Below, piece by piece: positions 1 to 9,193 of a stretch of 64,000 nucleotides of DNA. Each line of letters opens with the position of its first letter. Positions within the stretch are counted from its first letter, which is position 1. The stretch lies in the NCBI GenBank assembly GCA_963722075.1, contig CAVRJM010000001.1, positions 64,001 to 128,000 on the forward strand, given 5' to 3'. Below the pieces are notes generated by a model. It was not told where the DNA came from, did not search any database, and saw only the letters and a program-made list of their open reading frames with translations. This stretch comes from Candidatus Babeliales bacterium. Its GTDB lineage: Bacteria > Babelota > Babeliae > Babelales > JANWKD01. Position numbers and translations under genes: made by a program.

Positions 1-67
1 ATGATTCAGATTGGTATTTAGGATTAGAAGTCTATTTCTAAAAGTAAAAGGATAATAATATTTAAGA

Positions 68-209
68 TGTCATCCTGAGGAGTATAAGACTTAGGATGAC
101 ATCTAAGGCGAACATGTCATCACGAGACCCTTTATGGGGTCGTGGTGATCCAACAATAAAAAATTGTCTTAATTTTATTAATGGATCCCCACGCAAGCTC
201 GGGATGACA
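68..209. repeat. Cluster of three YGTC...CCA palindromic REP-like elements (68-101, 115-152 +, 182-209 -)
   Basis: TGTCATCCTGAGG..CTTAGGATGACA; TGTCATCACGA-GACCC-TTTAT-GGGGTC-GTGGTGATCCA; reverse complement TGTCATCCCGAGCTTGCGTGGGGATCCA. The same architecture recurs at 7 other loci. Confidence 0.85.
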
Positions 210-253
210 TTTTGTTTTTCACGACATTTTTTTATAATTAACAAAATTGTTCA

Positions 254-801
254 TTAAATTTTTTCAACAAAGTTTGGTATACAGGACCAGCTTACAATAT
301 TGCCTTTTGAACGATGTTGATTCTCTTTTCCTCCATAAATAATATAACTATCTTTTGGGTTTGCTTGAGCTAAATTATTCCAATATTCAAGTCCCTTAAA
401 AAAACTCATATCAATTGTTTCGGATGATTTAATTTCTATAGGAATTAGTTTAATGCTCATATCAATAACGCAATCGACTTCATGACCGTGGCTATCATGC
501 CAAAAATATATACTTGGTTGCTGAGCTTGATTATAAAATGATTTAAAAAGATCAGCGATGATCATTGATTCAAATAAACCGCCGCGTAAATAGTGCATAG
601 AAAGCATTTGGGGCGATTTCTTTTATGTTCATCGATTTCAGTTTGGACATATGATAAAAGATCTGGAACATGTTGGATTTCATCCAAAATTAAACCATAT
701 TCATTTTTATTATCGCGCAAAAATGCACGCGGGTCAGTTTGGGCAAATATTCGTTGATCAATTTCTTCAAAACTGATGTAGCGATGGTTGGGAAATACCA
801 T
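254..801 (-). pseudogene. Internally deleted AAA ATPase/DUF4143-family protein remnant
   Basis: 562-801 holds a Walker B-like region (GLILDEIQHVPDLLSYVQ) but no Walker A. 254-607 holds the C-terminal part (RGGLFES...YFWHDSHGHEVDCVI...PIEIKS). The pieces are in different frames and the middle is missing. Confidence 0.75.
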
Positions 802-993
802 TTTTTCTCAAAACAGCTTAAAAGTTGTACAATTTATAACGTCAACCTATTAAATTACACAATTTTACCTATTTTTTTTTACTTATTGTTAACAAAATTG
901 TTCAATCGATGCAATACTCGCTGAAGAAGTAATAGATGTAAGTAATCCTAGATTTTGCCTGGTAAGGGTAAGTGAATCACCCGGATAACATTA

Positions 994-2271
994 CTAAAAA
1001 CGCTCTTCCCATGCTAAAAACCCCATTTGCGTTTGAGATCCCGGTGATATGCCAAATGCCGTTACCGTTAATGTATCACCGGGATACAAATATACCGTTA
1101 AATTATTTTCAGGAATAAACGTATTATAAGGGGTAAAGTTAGTATCAAAAAAATTATATAATTCAGTTCCGGTTCCAACGGTATATGTTCCGGTGCTGCT
1201 TGATAGAACTACCGAATTGACGCTATCAACATTAGTAAAAGTTGTTCCGGTAATAACGGCATTTCTAAGTAATCTAAAACTGGTAACAGTATCGCCTGTT
1301 ACGGCTGATCCCATGGATACAAAGGAGATGCGCACAATAACTTTATTTGGTTTCCCTTGATAAGTAAGTTGGTTTTGAATGGCAAAAATGAATGTTTCTG
1401 TTGCATTTATCAGATTTATTGGAGTAAATTGCCCAGCGGTAAAGAATCTACTTTGAGCAACACTTGGTTCAGCAACAATACCGGCATTCCAACCGGCAGT
1501 GGCAACTGTTACATTCGTTGTAGAACCGGTTGATTTAACTTGAGCGGTCATGGGTAGAATAGGATTGCCAAAAGAAGGATTGGGGTTGACGTTAGTATTA
1601 TTTATCTGATGGAACGTAATCCAGGTGCCATTAGTATTTAAAATTTGGAAGGTAATCTGCATGCCGCCAGTCCACCCATAATCAATTCTGAATACGTTTA
1701 TATCTGCAGTATTGATGGTAAATCCGCTTGCTCCAGTACCATTCAATTTATCCATATTGAATGCTGATTGTGGGATGATAGTATCAACTGCATTTTGTCT
1801 AAATAAGATTGAAAATGTTGTGCCATTAAATCCAACTGCAGCGCCATCATTAGCATCAAACACTCCAATCCATTGTGTTGAGTTAGCGGCTGAACCTGCT
1901 GGCCACATGGCAGAAAAGAATGTATAACCATCATGGCCGGCCATATATTTAAGATATTTTTTGCTTTGTAATTGCGCAAAAGCGGTTGCTCCTGTTCCAG
2001 AGGAGACGATTGCCATGCTGGTAAATGATTGAACAAGGCCTGATGAAAAGGTTGAGGTGGTAATATCGTACGTTGTTACACCATACTCAAATAAATCACT
2101 GACTTGATCAAATCTATCTTCTACGATGGTATCACCAAAAATACTGATAAATCCTGAACTTTCAAGACATAAGATAGGGGTGGGTAAAATCAACCATAAT
2201 AAAATTACATATTTAAAAGTACTATATATTTTTTTGCCCATAGATTGCCCTTTAATGAACTGCTCCGCCAT
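994..2271 (-). CDS. Secreted stand-alone head protein (type 1 head, ends WEERF); likely start ATG 2241
   Basis: Signal peptide followed by a domain nearly identical to the C-terminal domain of 3687-5084 (QLQSKKYLKYMAGHDG...MDKLNGTGASGF...FRIDYGW). No stalk repeats. Confidence 0.85.
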   Translation of the reverse strand: MAEQFIKGQSMGKKIYSTFKYVILLWLILPTPILCLESSGFISIFGDTIVEDRFDQVSDLFEYGVTTYDITTSTFSSGLVQSFTSMAIVSSGTGATAFAQLQSKKYLKYMAGHDGYTFFSAMWPAGSAANSTQWIGVFDANDGAAVGFNGTTFSILFRQNAVDTIIPQSAFNMDKLNGTGASGFTINTADINVFRIDYGWTGGMQITFQILNTNGTWITFHQINNTNVNPNPSFGNPILPMTAQVKSTGSTTNVTVATAGWNAGIVAEPSVAQSRFFTAGQFTPINLINATETFIFAIQNQLTYQGKPNKVIVRISFVSMGSAVTGDTVTSFRLLRNAVITGTTFTNVDSVNSVVLSSSTGTYTVGTGTELYNFFDTNFTPYNTFIPENNLTVYLYPGDTLTVTAFGISPGSQTQMGFLAWEERF

Positions 2272-2315
2272 AATACACGAAATAAATTTGCCACACCTTT
2301 GAATCAGTATCCTAT

Positions 2316-3653
2316 TTATGGAATTGAAACATTTTGAAAGGTAAATGGACTTGATGTATTAAATGTTGCTAATGTTCCTACATAAATTGGAATAACGGTA
2401 GCGCCAGGACTGTAATTGGTTCCATTTTTTATGGCAATATTTGAAACTATGTTATTAGTTGTTGCAGCACCAGCATTATCAAATAATCCAAAGGTGATAG
2501 GGCCACCAACATTATAACCGATCGTATTATTGGTGATATTTGAGGTGGTGGTATTATTAAGATCTATGCCAAAAGACGTATTAGTGAGACCAGTATTTCC
2601 GCGTATATCACAATTTTCAATAGCGCTGAAATCCAAAGAATTGAAAAATACACCATACCCATTATTGGCACCGCCATTTCCTTTTGCTATACAGGTGTGC
2701 AGCTCTATTAAAAGCCCATTACTTGCCGAAAATCCTAAACCATCTAACGCACTACTATTGTTACCATTTCCTTGGCAGCTTATATATTGAATGCCATTGC
2801 CATTATTGGTATAAAATCCGCAGGTAGAAAAGGTGCCAGCATTATCGACAGAAATACATGAATCACATGCAATATTATTTGATGAATCAAATCCAAAGCC
2901 AACCATTAATGAATTTGGATTTGAACTGGTATTACTGTTGTTTAGAGAGAAAGAATTTTGGATGATGCAATCTTTAGAATTGAGTAAATATATTCCCGCT
3001 GTTAAAAGGCCCCCGCCAACATTATCGTTTGCAACAAGGTCATTTATTATAATCGCATTGCAATTTTCAAGTTGTATTCCGACACAATTTCCTGAAGAGG
3101 TTTGAATATTATGCACTAATGACTCATTAGTTATAGTTGCTGAATCAACATTTTTTAATAATATGCCATATGCGGGATCTCCCGAAAAATTCATAATGCT
3201 TTCTGAAGTAACGTTATCGAGAAAAAGATTGGTTATTGGATCTGAGGCATTTCCATCGGCTATAACGCCTGCATTTTCAACTGCATTAATAACTAAATTG
3301 GTTAAATAAATACTATCATTAGGCGCCTGTATTTGAATTCCATAGCTGGTCATATCAGTAATAACGCCATTGTTAATGGTAATATTATTGATTCCAGGAT
3401 TGATTTGTATTCCAACGACATCTGGTTGCTCGAATCCGGCAACTTGGTTAATAGAGAACCCATTCATTTCTATCATGACATTATCAGAGTTAACTACAAC
3501 ACATGCTTGTCCTGATGAAGTTAATGCAAATTCCATTGAGCCAGCTAATGAAAATAACCCTGGCGAATTGATTATTACCGGTTCAGTATTTACGCTCTGC
3601 AGTAAGCGCGGGAAGATTAATGTTAAAAATAAGACAAAACTTTTTTTGTTCAT
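2316..3653 (-). CDS. Secreted right-handed parallel beta-helix (pectin lyase-like) protein; stand-alone type 2 head
   Basis: Signal peptide; N/G/C-rich repeats (GIQLENCNAIIIN, GIYLLNSKDCIIQN); similar to the C-terminal domain of 9194-12304. Confidence 0.85.
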   Translation of the reverse strand: MNKKSFVLFLTLIFPRLLQSVNTEPVIINSPGLFSLAGSMEFALTSSGQACVVVNSDNVMIEMNGFSINQVAGFEQPDVVGIQINPGINNITINNGVITDMTSYGIQIQAPNDSIYLTNLVINAVENAGVIADGNASDPITNLFLDNVTSESIMNFSGDPAYGILLKNVDSATITNESLVHNIQTSSGNCVGIQLENCNAIIINDLVANDNVGGGLLTAGIYLLNSKDCIIQNSFSLNNSNTSSNPNSLMVGFGFDSSNNIACDSCISVDNAGTFSTCGFYTNNGNGIQYISCQGNGNNSSALDGLGFSASNGLLIELHTCIAKGNGGANNGYGVFFNSLDFSAIENCDIRGNTGLTNTSFGIDLNNTTTSNITNNTIGYNVGGPITFGLFDNAGAATTNNIVSNIAIKNGTNYSPGATVIPIYVGTLATFNTSSPFTFQNVSIP

Positions 3654-3686
3654 AATATTTTTCCTTTTTTAATAATAAAAATACAA

Positions 3687-5084
3687 TTAAAAACGTTCTT
3701 CCCAAGCTAATATACCAATTACCAGCTGGCCACCACCTTGAATGTTGATACCTGTTATGGTTAAAGTTTCACCAGGATAAAGATATAAGAGCAAATCTTG
3801 TTCGGGGACAAAGGTATTATAAGGAACTGAGTTAGCATTCATAAAGGTAAACATATTTGTTCCTGATGCAGCCAATCCCCCTGACGTAGTCAACGTTCCT
3901 GCCGTACTGATTTGCATTACAGAATTTACTGTATCAACATCCGTAAAAGAAGTGCCGGTAATACTTGCATTTCGTAGTAATCTAAATAGCGTTACGGTTC
4001 CTCCCGTGACGCCCACGCCAGCTGAAACAAAGGATATACGAACAATAACTTTATTTGGTTTGGTTTGATAGGTAGATTTATTTTGGAATGCTACCACAAA
4101 AGTTTCAGTTCCATTATCGGCAATGGCTGTTCGCGTAAGTTGCCCTGCCGTAAAGAACCTACTTTGAGCAACACTTGGTTCAGCAACAATTCCTGCATTC
4201 CAACCAGCGGTAGCAATAGTTACATTCGTTGTAGAACCGGTCGATTTAACTTGAGCGGTCATGGGTAAAATAGGATTACCAAAAGAAGGATTCGGATTTA
4301 CATTGGTATTATTTATTTGATGGAAGGTGATCCATGAGCCATTGGTATTTAAAATTTGGAAGGTAATTTGGGTACCGCCTGTCCAGCCATAATCAATTCT
4401 GAATACGTTTAAATCTGCAGTATTGATGGTAAATCCGCTTGCTCCAGTACCATTCAATTTATCCATGTTGAATGATGATTGTGGAATTATAGTATCTACC
4501 GCATTTTGCCTAAATAAAATTGAGAATGTTGTGCCATTAAATCCAACAGCAGCGCCATCATTAGCATCAAACACGCCGATCCATTGTGTGGAGTTAGCAG
4601 AAGATCCTGCTGGCCACATAGCAGAAAAGAAAGCGTATCCATCGTGACCTGCCATATATTTAAGATATTTTTTGCTTTGTAGTTGAGCAAAAGCGGTGGC
4701 ACCGGTACCTGATGAAACAATAGCCATGCTCGTGAATGATTGAACAAGCCCTGATGAGAAGACTGATGTAGTAATGTCATATGTTGGTACACCATATTCA
4801 AATAGATCACTAACTTGATCTGTTCTATCTGATACAATAGCATCTCCAAAGCCAGAGGTAAATCCTGAGCTACCGCTGGTTGTACTGCTACATACTAAAT
4901 GGGCCAGAATAGTGAACGTGGCATTAAAGCCGGCAGCGAGTGCGGTGAAGGTACCATTAAAGTCAGTATTAAGGAGAGTGAAAACGCCATTAAAATCATT
5001 AGTTAAATTAGCACAGCAGGTGGTTAAGCTATTATTAATGGAATTAAGAACGGTAAAGGTACCGTTGAATTCTGAATTGATCAA
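3687..5084 (-). CDS. C-terminal fragment of fibre protein A: last stalk units plus type 1 head domain
   Basis: ORF begins inside FNGTFT repeats, then a SSTTSGSSG linker, then the head ending WEERF. Confidence 0.7.
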   Translation of the reverse strand: MINSEFNGTFTVLNSINNSLTTCCANLTNDFNGVFTLLNTDFNGTFTALAAGFNATFTILAHLVCSSTTSGSSGFTSGFGDAIVSDRTDQVSDLFEYGVPTYDITTSVFSSGLVQSFTSMAIVSSGTGATAFAQLQSKKYLKYMAGHDGYAFFSAMWPAGSSANSTQWIGVFDANDGAAVGFNGTTFSILFRQNAVDTIIPQSSFNMDKLNGTGASGFTINTADLNVFRIDYGWTGGTQITFQILNTNGSWITFHQINNTNVNPNPSFGNPILPMTAQVKSTGSTTNVTIATAGWNAGIVAEPSVAQSRFFTAGQLTRTAIADNGTETFVVAFQNKSTYQTKPNKVIVRISFVSAGVGVTGGTVTLFRLLRNASITGTSFTDVDTVNSVMQISTAGTLTTSGGLAASGTNMFTFMNANSVPYNTFVPEQDLLLYLYPGETLTITGINIQGGGQLVIGILAWEERF

Positions 5085-7690
5085 TGTAAAGGTACTGTTA
5101 AAACCGGTAGCAATAGCCGTGAAAGTACCATTAAATTCATTGGTAATGTTAGCGCAACAAGTGGTGAGAGTATTGTTAATAGAATTTAATACCGTAAAGG
5201 TGCCGCAGCATCATTATTAATTGAGGTTACTGAAGAAAGTATTGAATTTAATACCGTGAACGTACCGTTAAAATCATTGGTTAAATTAGCGCAGCACGTA
5301 GTCAATGTATTATTAATTGAATTGAGAACGGTGAATGTGCCATTAAATTCAGTACTAAGTACCGTAAATACAGGTGATAAATTAACGTTCACATTAGAAA
5401 GAGCGGTGAAGACGCCATTAAAATCAGTACTGAGCACAGTAAATACGCCATTAAAGTCGTTAGTTAAATTAGCGCAGCAGGTGGTTAAGCTATTGTTGAT
5501 AGAATTAAGAACGGTGAAGGTACCATTGAATTCTGAGTTTATTAACGTGAAGGTACCATTAAAGCCAGTAGCAATAGCCGTGAAGGTACCATTAAATTCG
5601 TTGGTAATATTGGCACAGCACGTGGTGAGGGTGTTGTTAATAGAATTTAATACCGTAAAGGTGCCCGCAGCATCATTATTAATTGAGGTTACTGAAGAAA
5701 GTATTGAATTTAATACCGTGAAAGTACCACCAAAGTCAGTATTAAGGAGAGTAAATACACCATTAAAATCATTAGTTAAATTAGCACAGCAGGTGGTTAA
5801 GCTATTATTAATTGAATTAAGAACAGTGAAGGTGCCGTTGAATTCTGAATTGATTAAGGTAAATGTACCATTAAAGCCATTACTAAGAACCGTGAAAGTT
5901 CCATTAAATTCATTGGTAATGTTAGCGCAGCACGTGGTGAGGGTATTATTAATAGAATTGAGAACAGTAAAGGTACCAGCAGCATCATTATTAATTGAGG
6001 TTACTGAAGAAAGTATTGAATTTAATACCGTGAAAGTACCACCAAAGTCAGTATTAAGGAGAGTAAATACACCATTAAAATCATTAGTTAAATTAACGCA
6101 GCAGGTGGTTAGGCTATTATTAATGGAGTTAAGGACAGTAAAGGTGCCGTTGAATTCTGAATTGATTAAGGTAAATGTACCATTAAAGCCATTACTAAGA
6201 ACCGTGAAAGTTCCATTAAATTCATTGGTAATGTTAGCGCAGCACGTGGTGAGGGTATTGTTAATAGAATTGAGAACGGTAAATGTGCCAGCAGCTTCAT
6301 TATTAATTGAAGTTACTGATGGAAAGTATTGAATTTAATACGGTGAACGTACCACCAAAATCAGTATTAAGGAGGGTGAAAACGCCATTAAAGTCATTAG
6401 TTAAATTAGCGCAGCAGGTGGTTAAGCTATTATTAATGGAGTTAAGGACAGTAAAGGTGCCGTTGAACTCAGTGTTTAATAATGTGAAGGTACCATTAAA
6501 TTCGTTGGTAATATTGGCACAGCACGTGGTGAGGGTGTTGTTAATAGAATTTAATACCGTAAAGGTGCCCGCAGCATCATTATTAATTGAGGTTACTGAT
6601 GAAAGTATTGAATTTAAAACGGTGAACGTACCATTGAATTCAGTATTTAGGAAAGTGAACGTGCCATTGAATTCGGAATTTATCAAGGTAAAGGTGCCAT
6701 TGAAGTTATTTTGTATTTCTGCACAGCACGTGGTTAATGTGTTCTCTATATCTTCAAGCATGGTGAATGTACCAATAATGGTTTCGATTTGTGTCGTAAG
6801 CGTATTGGTAACATCAATTAGTTCAGAAATAGTGATGATCAGGGATGAAGTACTTTCAACAAGCTCATCCACCGTTTCTACTAAAATAGAGGTGGTTACT
6901 TCTAAGGTGGCAACCAAGGTGCTAAATGTTTGAATAATGCTACAGCAGCTAGTTAATGTATTTTCAATGTCAAAAAGCGTTGTAAAGGTTCCATTGAAAT
7001 TGTTTTGTGTTTGAGCGCAACACGTAGTTAATGTAGTCTCGATATCATTAAGTACCGTAAATACCCCAGTAAAATCAACCGTTGCAGTTAACACGATATT
7101 ATCAAGTACGGTGAAAACGCCATTAAATTCATTAGTAATGTTGGCACAACAGGTAGTGAGCGTATTTTCAATATCATTTAAGACGGTAAAAGTACCATTG
7201 AAATTATTTTGTGTTTGAGCACAGCAGGTGGTTAATGTAGTCTCGATATCATTAAGTACCGTAAATACCCCAGTAAAATCAACCGTTGCAGTTATTACGA
7301 TATTATTAAGTACGGTGAAAACGCCATTAAAGTCATTTTCGATGGTAGCACAACAGGTAGTAAGCGTATTTTCAATATCATTTAAGACGGTAAAAGTACC
7401 ATTGAAATTATTTTGTGTTTGAGCACAGCAGGTGGTTAATGTAGTCTCGATATCATTAAGTACCGTAAATACCCCAGTAAAATCAACCGTTGCAGTTATC
7501 ACGATATTATCAAGTACGGTGAAAACGCCGTTGAAATCATTAGTGAGGTTAGCGCAACATGTTGTAAGGGTATTATTAATATCAGTTAGCGTAGTAAACA
7601 CACCTGAAAAATCGACTGTTGCTGTTACTTGGAGATTATTAAGCACCGTGAAAACGCCGTTGAAATCATTAATTAATGTATCGCAACAAT
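4915..7690 (-). repeat. Intragenic tandem repeats encoding the stalk of fibre A (204-bp and 312-bp higher-order units)
   Basis: Near-identical blocks offset by 204 nt (7228 vs 7432) and 312 nt (5681 vs 5993). Confidence 0.85.
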
Positions 7691-8243
7691 TTTGTTGATT
7701 TTGGCAACATTGATTAATAATATTTTGTAAGTTTCTGAGAATTTGTAAAACTTCAGAAAAATCGCATACTAATGGACCTACAATAGAACCATCCATAAAA
7801 CCGGGCGCATTTGGACGTAGTGCACGTGAGAACTGTTCTTGTAAAGTAGAGTTACTTATTTTTTCAATGATAAACGAGAGTGCTTGATTAAAATCGTTGA
7901 TTGGTAAAACTGTATCTTCATTATCGAGTATTCTATAACAGTTAAGGAAGCCTTGCGGTATTTCATCAATGGTATTGTTTTGGTAACTATATTCTATAAT
8001 TACATTAAAGAGTTCTTTAAGATTTAATCCTTTTAAATCGTCTTCGGTAATAGAAACGCATGGGGTGTTTTCAGATTGAAAATGTTCTTCGCAAGCATCA
8101 GCGGTAGATTGTTCTTCGATTATGTTACGTGAAAATTTTTCTAAATGATCAATATGATATGAGACTGTTACTATTGGTTGTATGAGCAATGATATAAATA
8201 CCAATGAGTTAAAAAAAAGTTTTACCTTCTTTTGTAGCTTCAT
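6303..8243 (-). CDS. N-terminal fragment of fibre protein A: signal peptide, conserved N-domain, TTCC/FNGTFT stalk
   Basis: 646-aa ORF; N-domain closely similar to 9194-12304; ends prematurely just after the indel at 6321. Confidence 0.75.
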   Translation of the reverse strand: MKLQKKVKLFFNSLVFISLLIQPIVTVSYHIDHLEKFSRNIIEEQSTADACEEHFQSENTPCVSITEDDLKGLNLKELFNVIIEYSYQNNTIDEIPQGFLNCYRILDNEDTVLPINDFNQALSFIIEKISNSTLQEQFSRALRPNAPGFMDGSIVGPLVCDFSEVLQILRNLQNIINQCCQNQQNCCDTLINDFNGVFTVLNNLQVTATVDFSGVFTTLTDINNTLTTCCANLTNDFNGVFTVLDNIVITATVDFTGVFTVLNDIETTLTTCCAQTQNNFNGTFTVLNDIENTLTTCCATIENDFNGVFTVLNNIVITATVDFTGVFTVLNDIETTLTTCCAQTQNNFNGTFTVLNDIENTLTTCCANITNEFNGVFTVLDNIVLTATVDFTGVFTVLNDIETTLTTCCAQTQNNFNGTFTTLFDIENTLTSCCSIIQTFSTLVATLEVTTSILVETVDELVESTSSLIITISELIDVTNTLTTQIETIIGTFTMLEDIENTLTTCCAEIQNNFNGTFTLINSEFNGTFTFLNTEFNGTFTVLNSILSSVTSINNDAAGTFTVLNSINNTLTTCCANITNEFNGTFTLLNTEFNGTFTVLNSINNSLTTCCANLTNDFNGVFTLLNTDFGGTFTVLNSILSISNFN

Positions 8244-8286
8244 AAAACTTTACCCTTTTTTTAATAAAAACAAAATTTATTAAAAT

Positions 8287-8318
8287 TAATCATATTAGGT
8301 AAAAAAATAACAAGAGTT
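8287..8318 (-). promoter_or_regulatory. Conserved upstream motif of fibre genes (CTTGT-N13/14-ATATGATTA)
   Basis: The same bipartite motif lies upstream of 12304 (12344-12371) and 20200 (20237-20263). Confidence 0.55.
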
Positions 8319-8361
8319 TATTAACAAAAAATAAAAAGAACCTGCATGCGGTTGACCGGAG

Positions 8362-8395
8362 TGTCATCACGAGGCCTTCAGGCCATGGTGATCCA
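8362..8395 (+). repeat. YGTC...CCA REP-like element
   Basis: TGTC-ATCAC-GA-GGCC-TTCA-GGCC-ATG-GTGAT-CCA. Confidence 0.85.
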
Positions 8396-8494
8396 GTAAT
8401 AAAAAAGGTTCATCTCTTTTAAATTCTTAAAACTGTTTATAGTATTGATCTTTATTAAGAACGTAATATTAAAGTCTTATTTTGAAACTAATAA

Positions 8495-9184
8495 TTATTT
8501 TAAATAAATGTGTAAAAAACACTCAGTAGATGTAACTTTTTCCCAGATCCAGTGTGAAACTTTGGGTATAGTTCTCATATATTCTTCAATCTTCTTTTTA
8601 TTATAATAGTTATTATAGATTGGCAAGCCGCGTGGATATAAAAGATAGATTGCATCAGGTTCTTGTTCTGGGGGTATGAAAAAAACGATTAATACTTCAT
8701 AACGTGCAACACGAATAAGTTCTTTAATCGCTTTATGATAATAGTGAAGGTGTTCAAGAATATGCCGCGCATAACTGATATCAAAAGAATTGTCTTTTAA
8801 AGGAATATTTTCAATAGATCCTTGTATAACGGGAATATTTTTTTGTTGGCAAAAATCTACTAGTTTTGGCGTAATTTCTATTCCTTGATACGTTATAGCG
8901 ATAGTATCTTGTAACAACCCAAAATAATCGGTTCCTGCTCCACAAGGAATATCTAAGATGCTTGTATAATTATGTTGCTGAATATAGTGGCGCAAAGCTT
9001 TGCGTGACTGTGTATTAAAATCACGTGCCCAAACTTCTAAATCGGGCCAAAAGCCAATTGTACCTGCAAACTGTTGCCACCATAGTTCATAAGGTTGTAA
9101 GTCTAACTCTTTTATCTGTAGTGATGCTTTTTGAGCATTAAACCAGATTAATCCGATCCAAAATATTCTATAAAATAACTTCAC
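8495..9184 (-). CDS. Class I SAM-dependent methyltransferase with signal-peptide-like N-terminus
   Basis: SILDIPCGAG motif I, GIEIT, IPLKDNSFDISYARHILEHL, ELIRVAR; begins 9 nt downstream of fibre B. Confidence 0.85.
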   Translation of the reverse strand: MKLFYRIFWIGLIWFNAQKASLQIKELDLQPYELWWQQFAGTIGFWPDLEVWARDFNTQSRKALRHYIQQHNYTSILDIPCGAGTDYFGLLQDTIAITYQGIEITPKLVDFCQQKNIPVIQGSIENIPLKDNSFDISYARHILEHLHYYHKAIKELIRVARYEVLIVFFIPPEQEPDAIYLLYPRGLPIYNNYYNKKKIEEYMRTIPKVSHWIWEKVTSTECFLHIYLK

Positions 9185-9193
9185 GGTAGTTCA

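Larger units (their letters stand above)
3687..8243 (-). pseudogene. Long Cys-Cys repeat fibre protein A (~1518 aa if repaired), interrupted by a +1 and a -1 indel
   Basis: Start (8243) and stop (3687) are in frame (4557 nt). Compared with sister repeat copies there is an extra G at 6321-6322 and a missing C at 5203-5204. Architecture matches the intact paralog at 15698-20200. Confidence 0.8.

Noticed and set aside
62..244. 60-aa ORF
   Set aside because: Consists of the palindromic repeat cluster; no coding evidence.
3687..3720. Terminal Phe (WEERF) as an autotransporter beta-barrel signal
   Set aside because: Charged residues break the alternating pattern, one paralog ends ...EQWA, and fibre B lacks the domain entirely.
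994..4860. Duplicated head region as a diversity-generating retroelement TR/VR pair
   Set aside because: Differences are mostly synonymous third-position changes, not adenine-specific; both copies are coding; no reverse transcriptase in the window.
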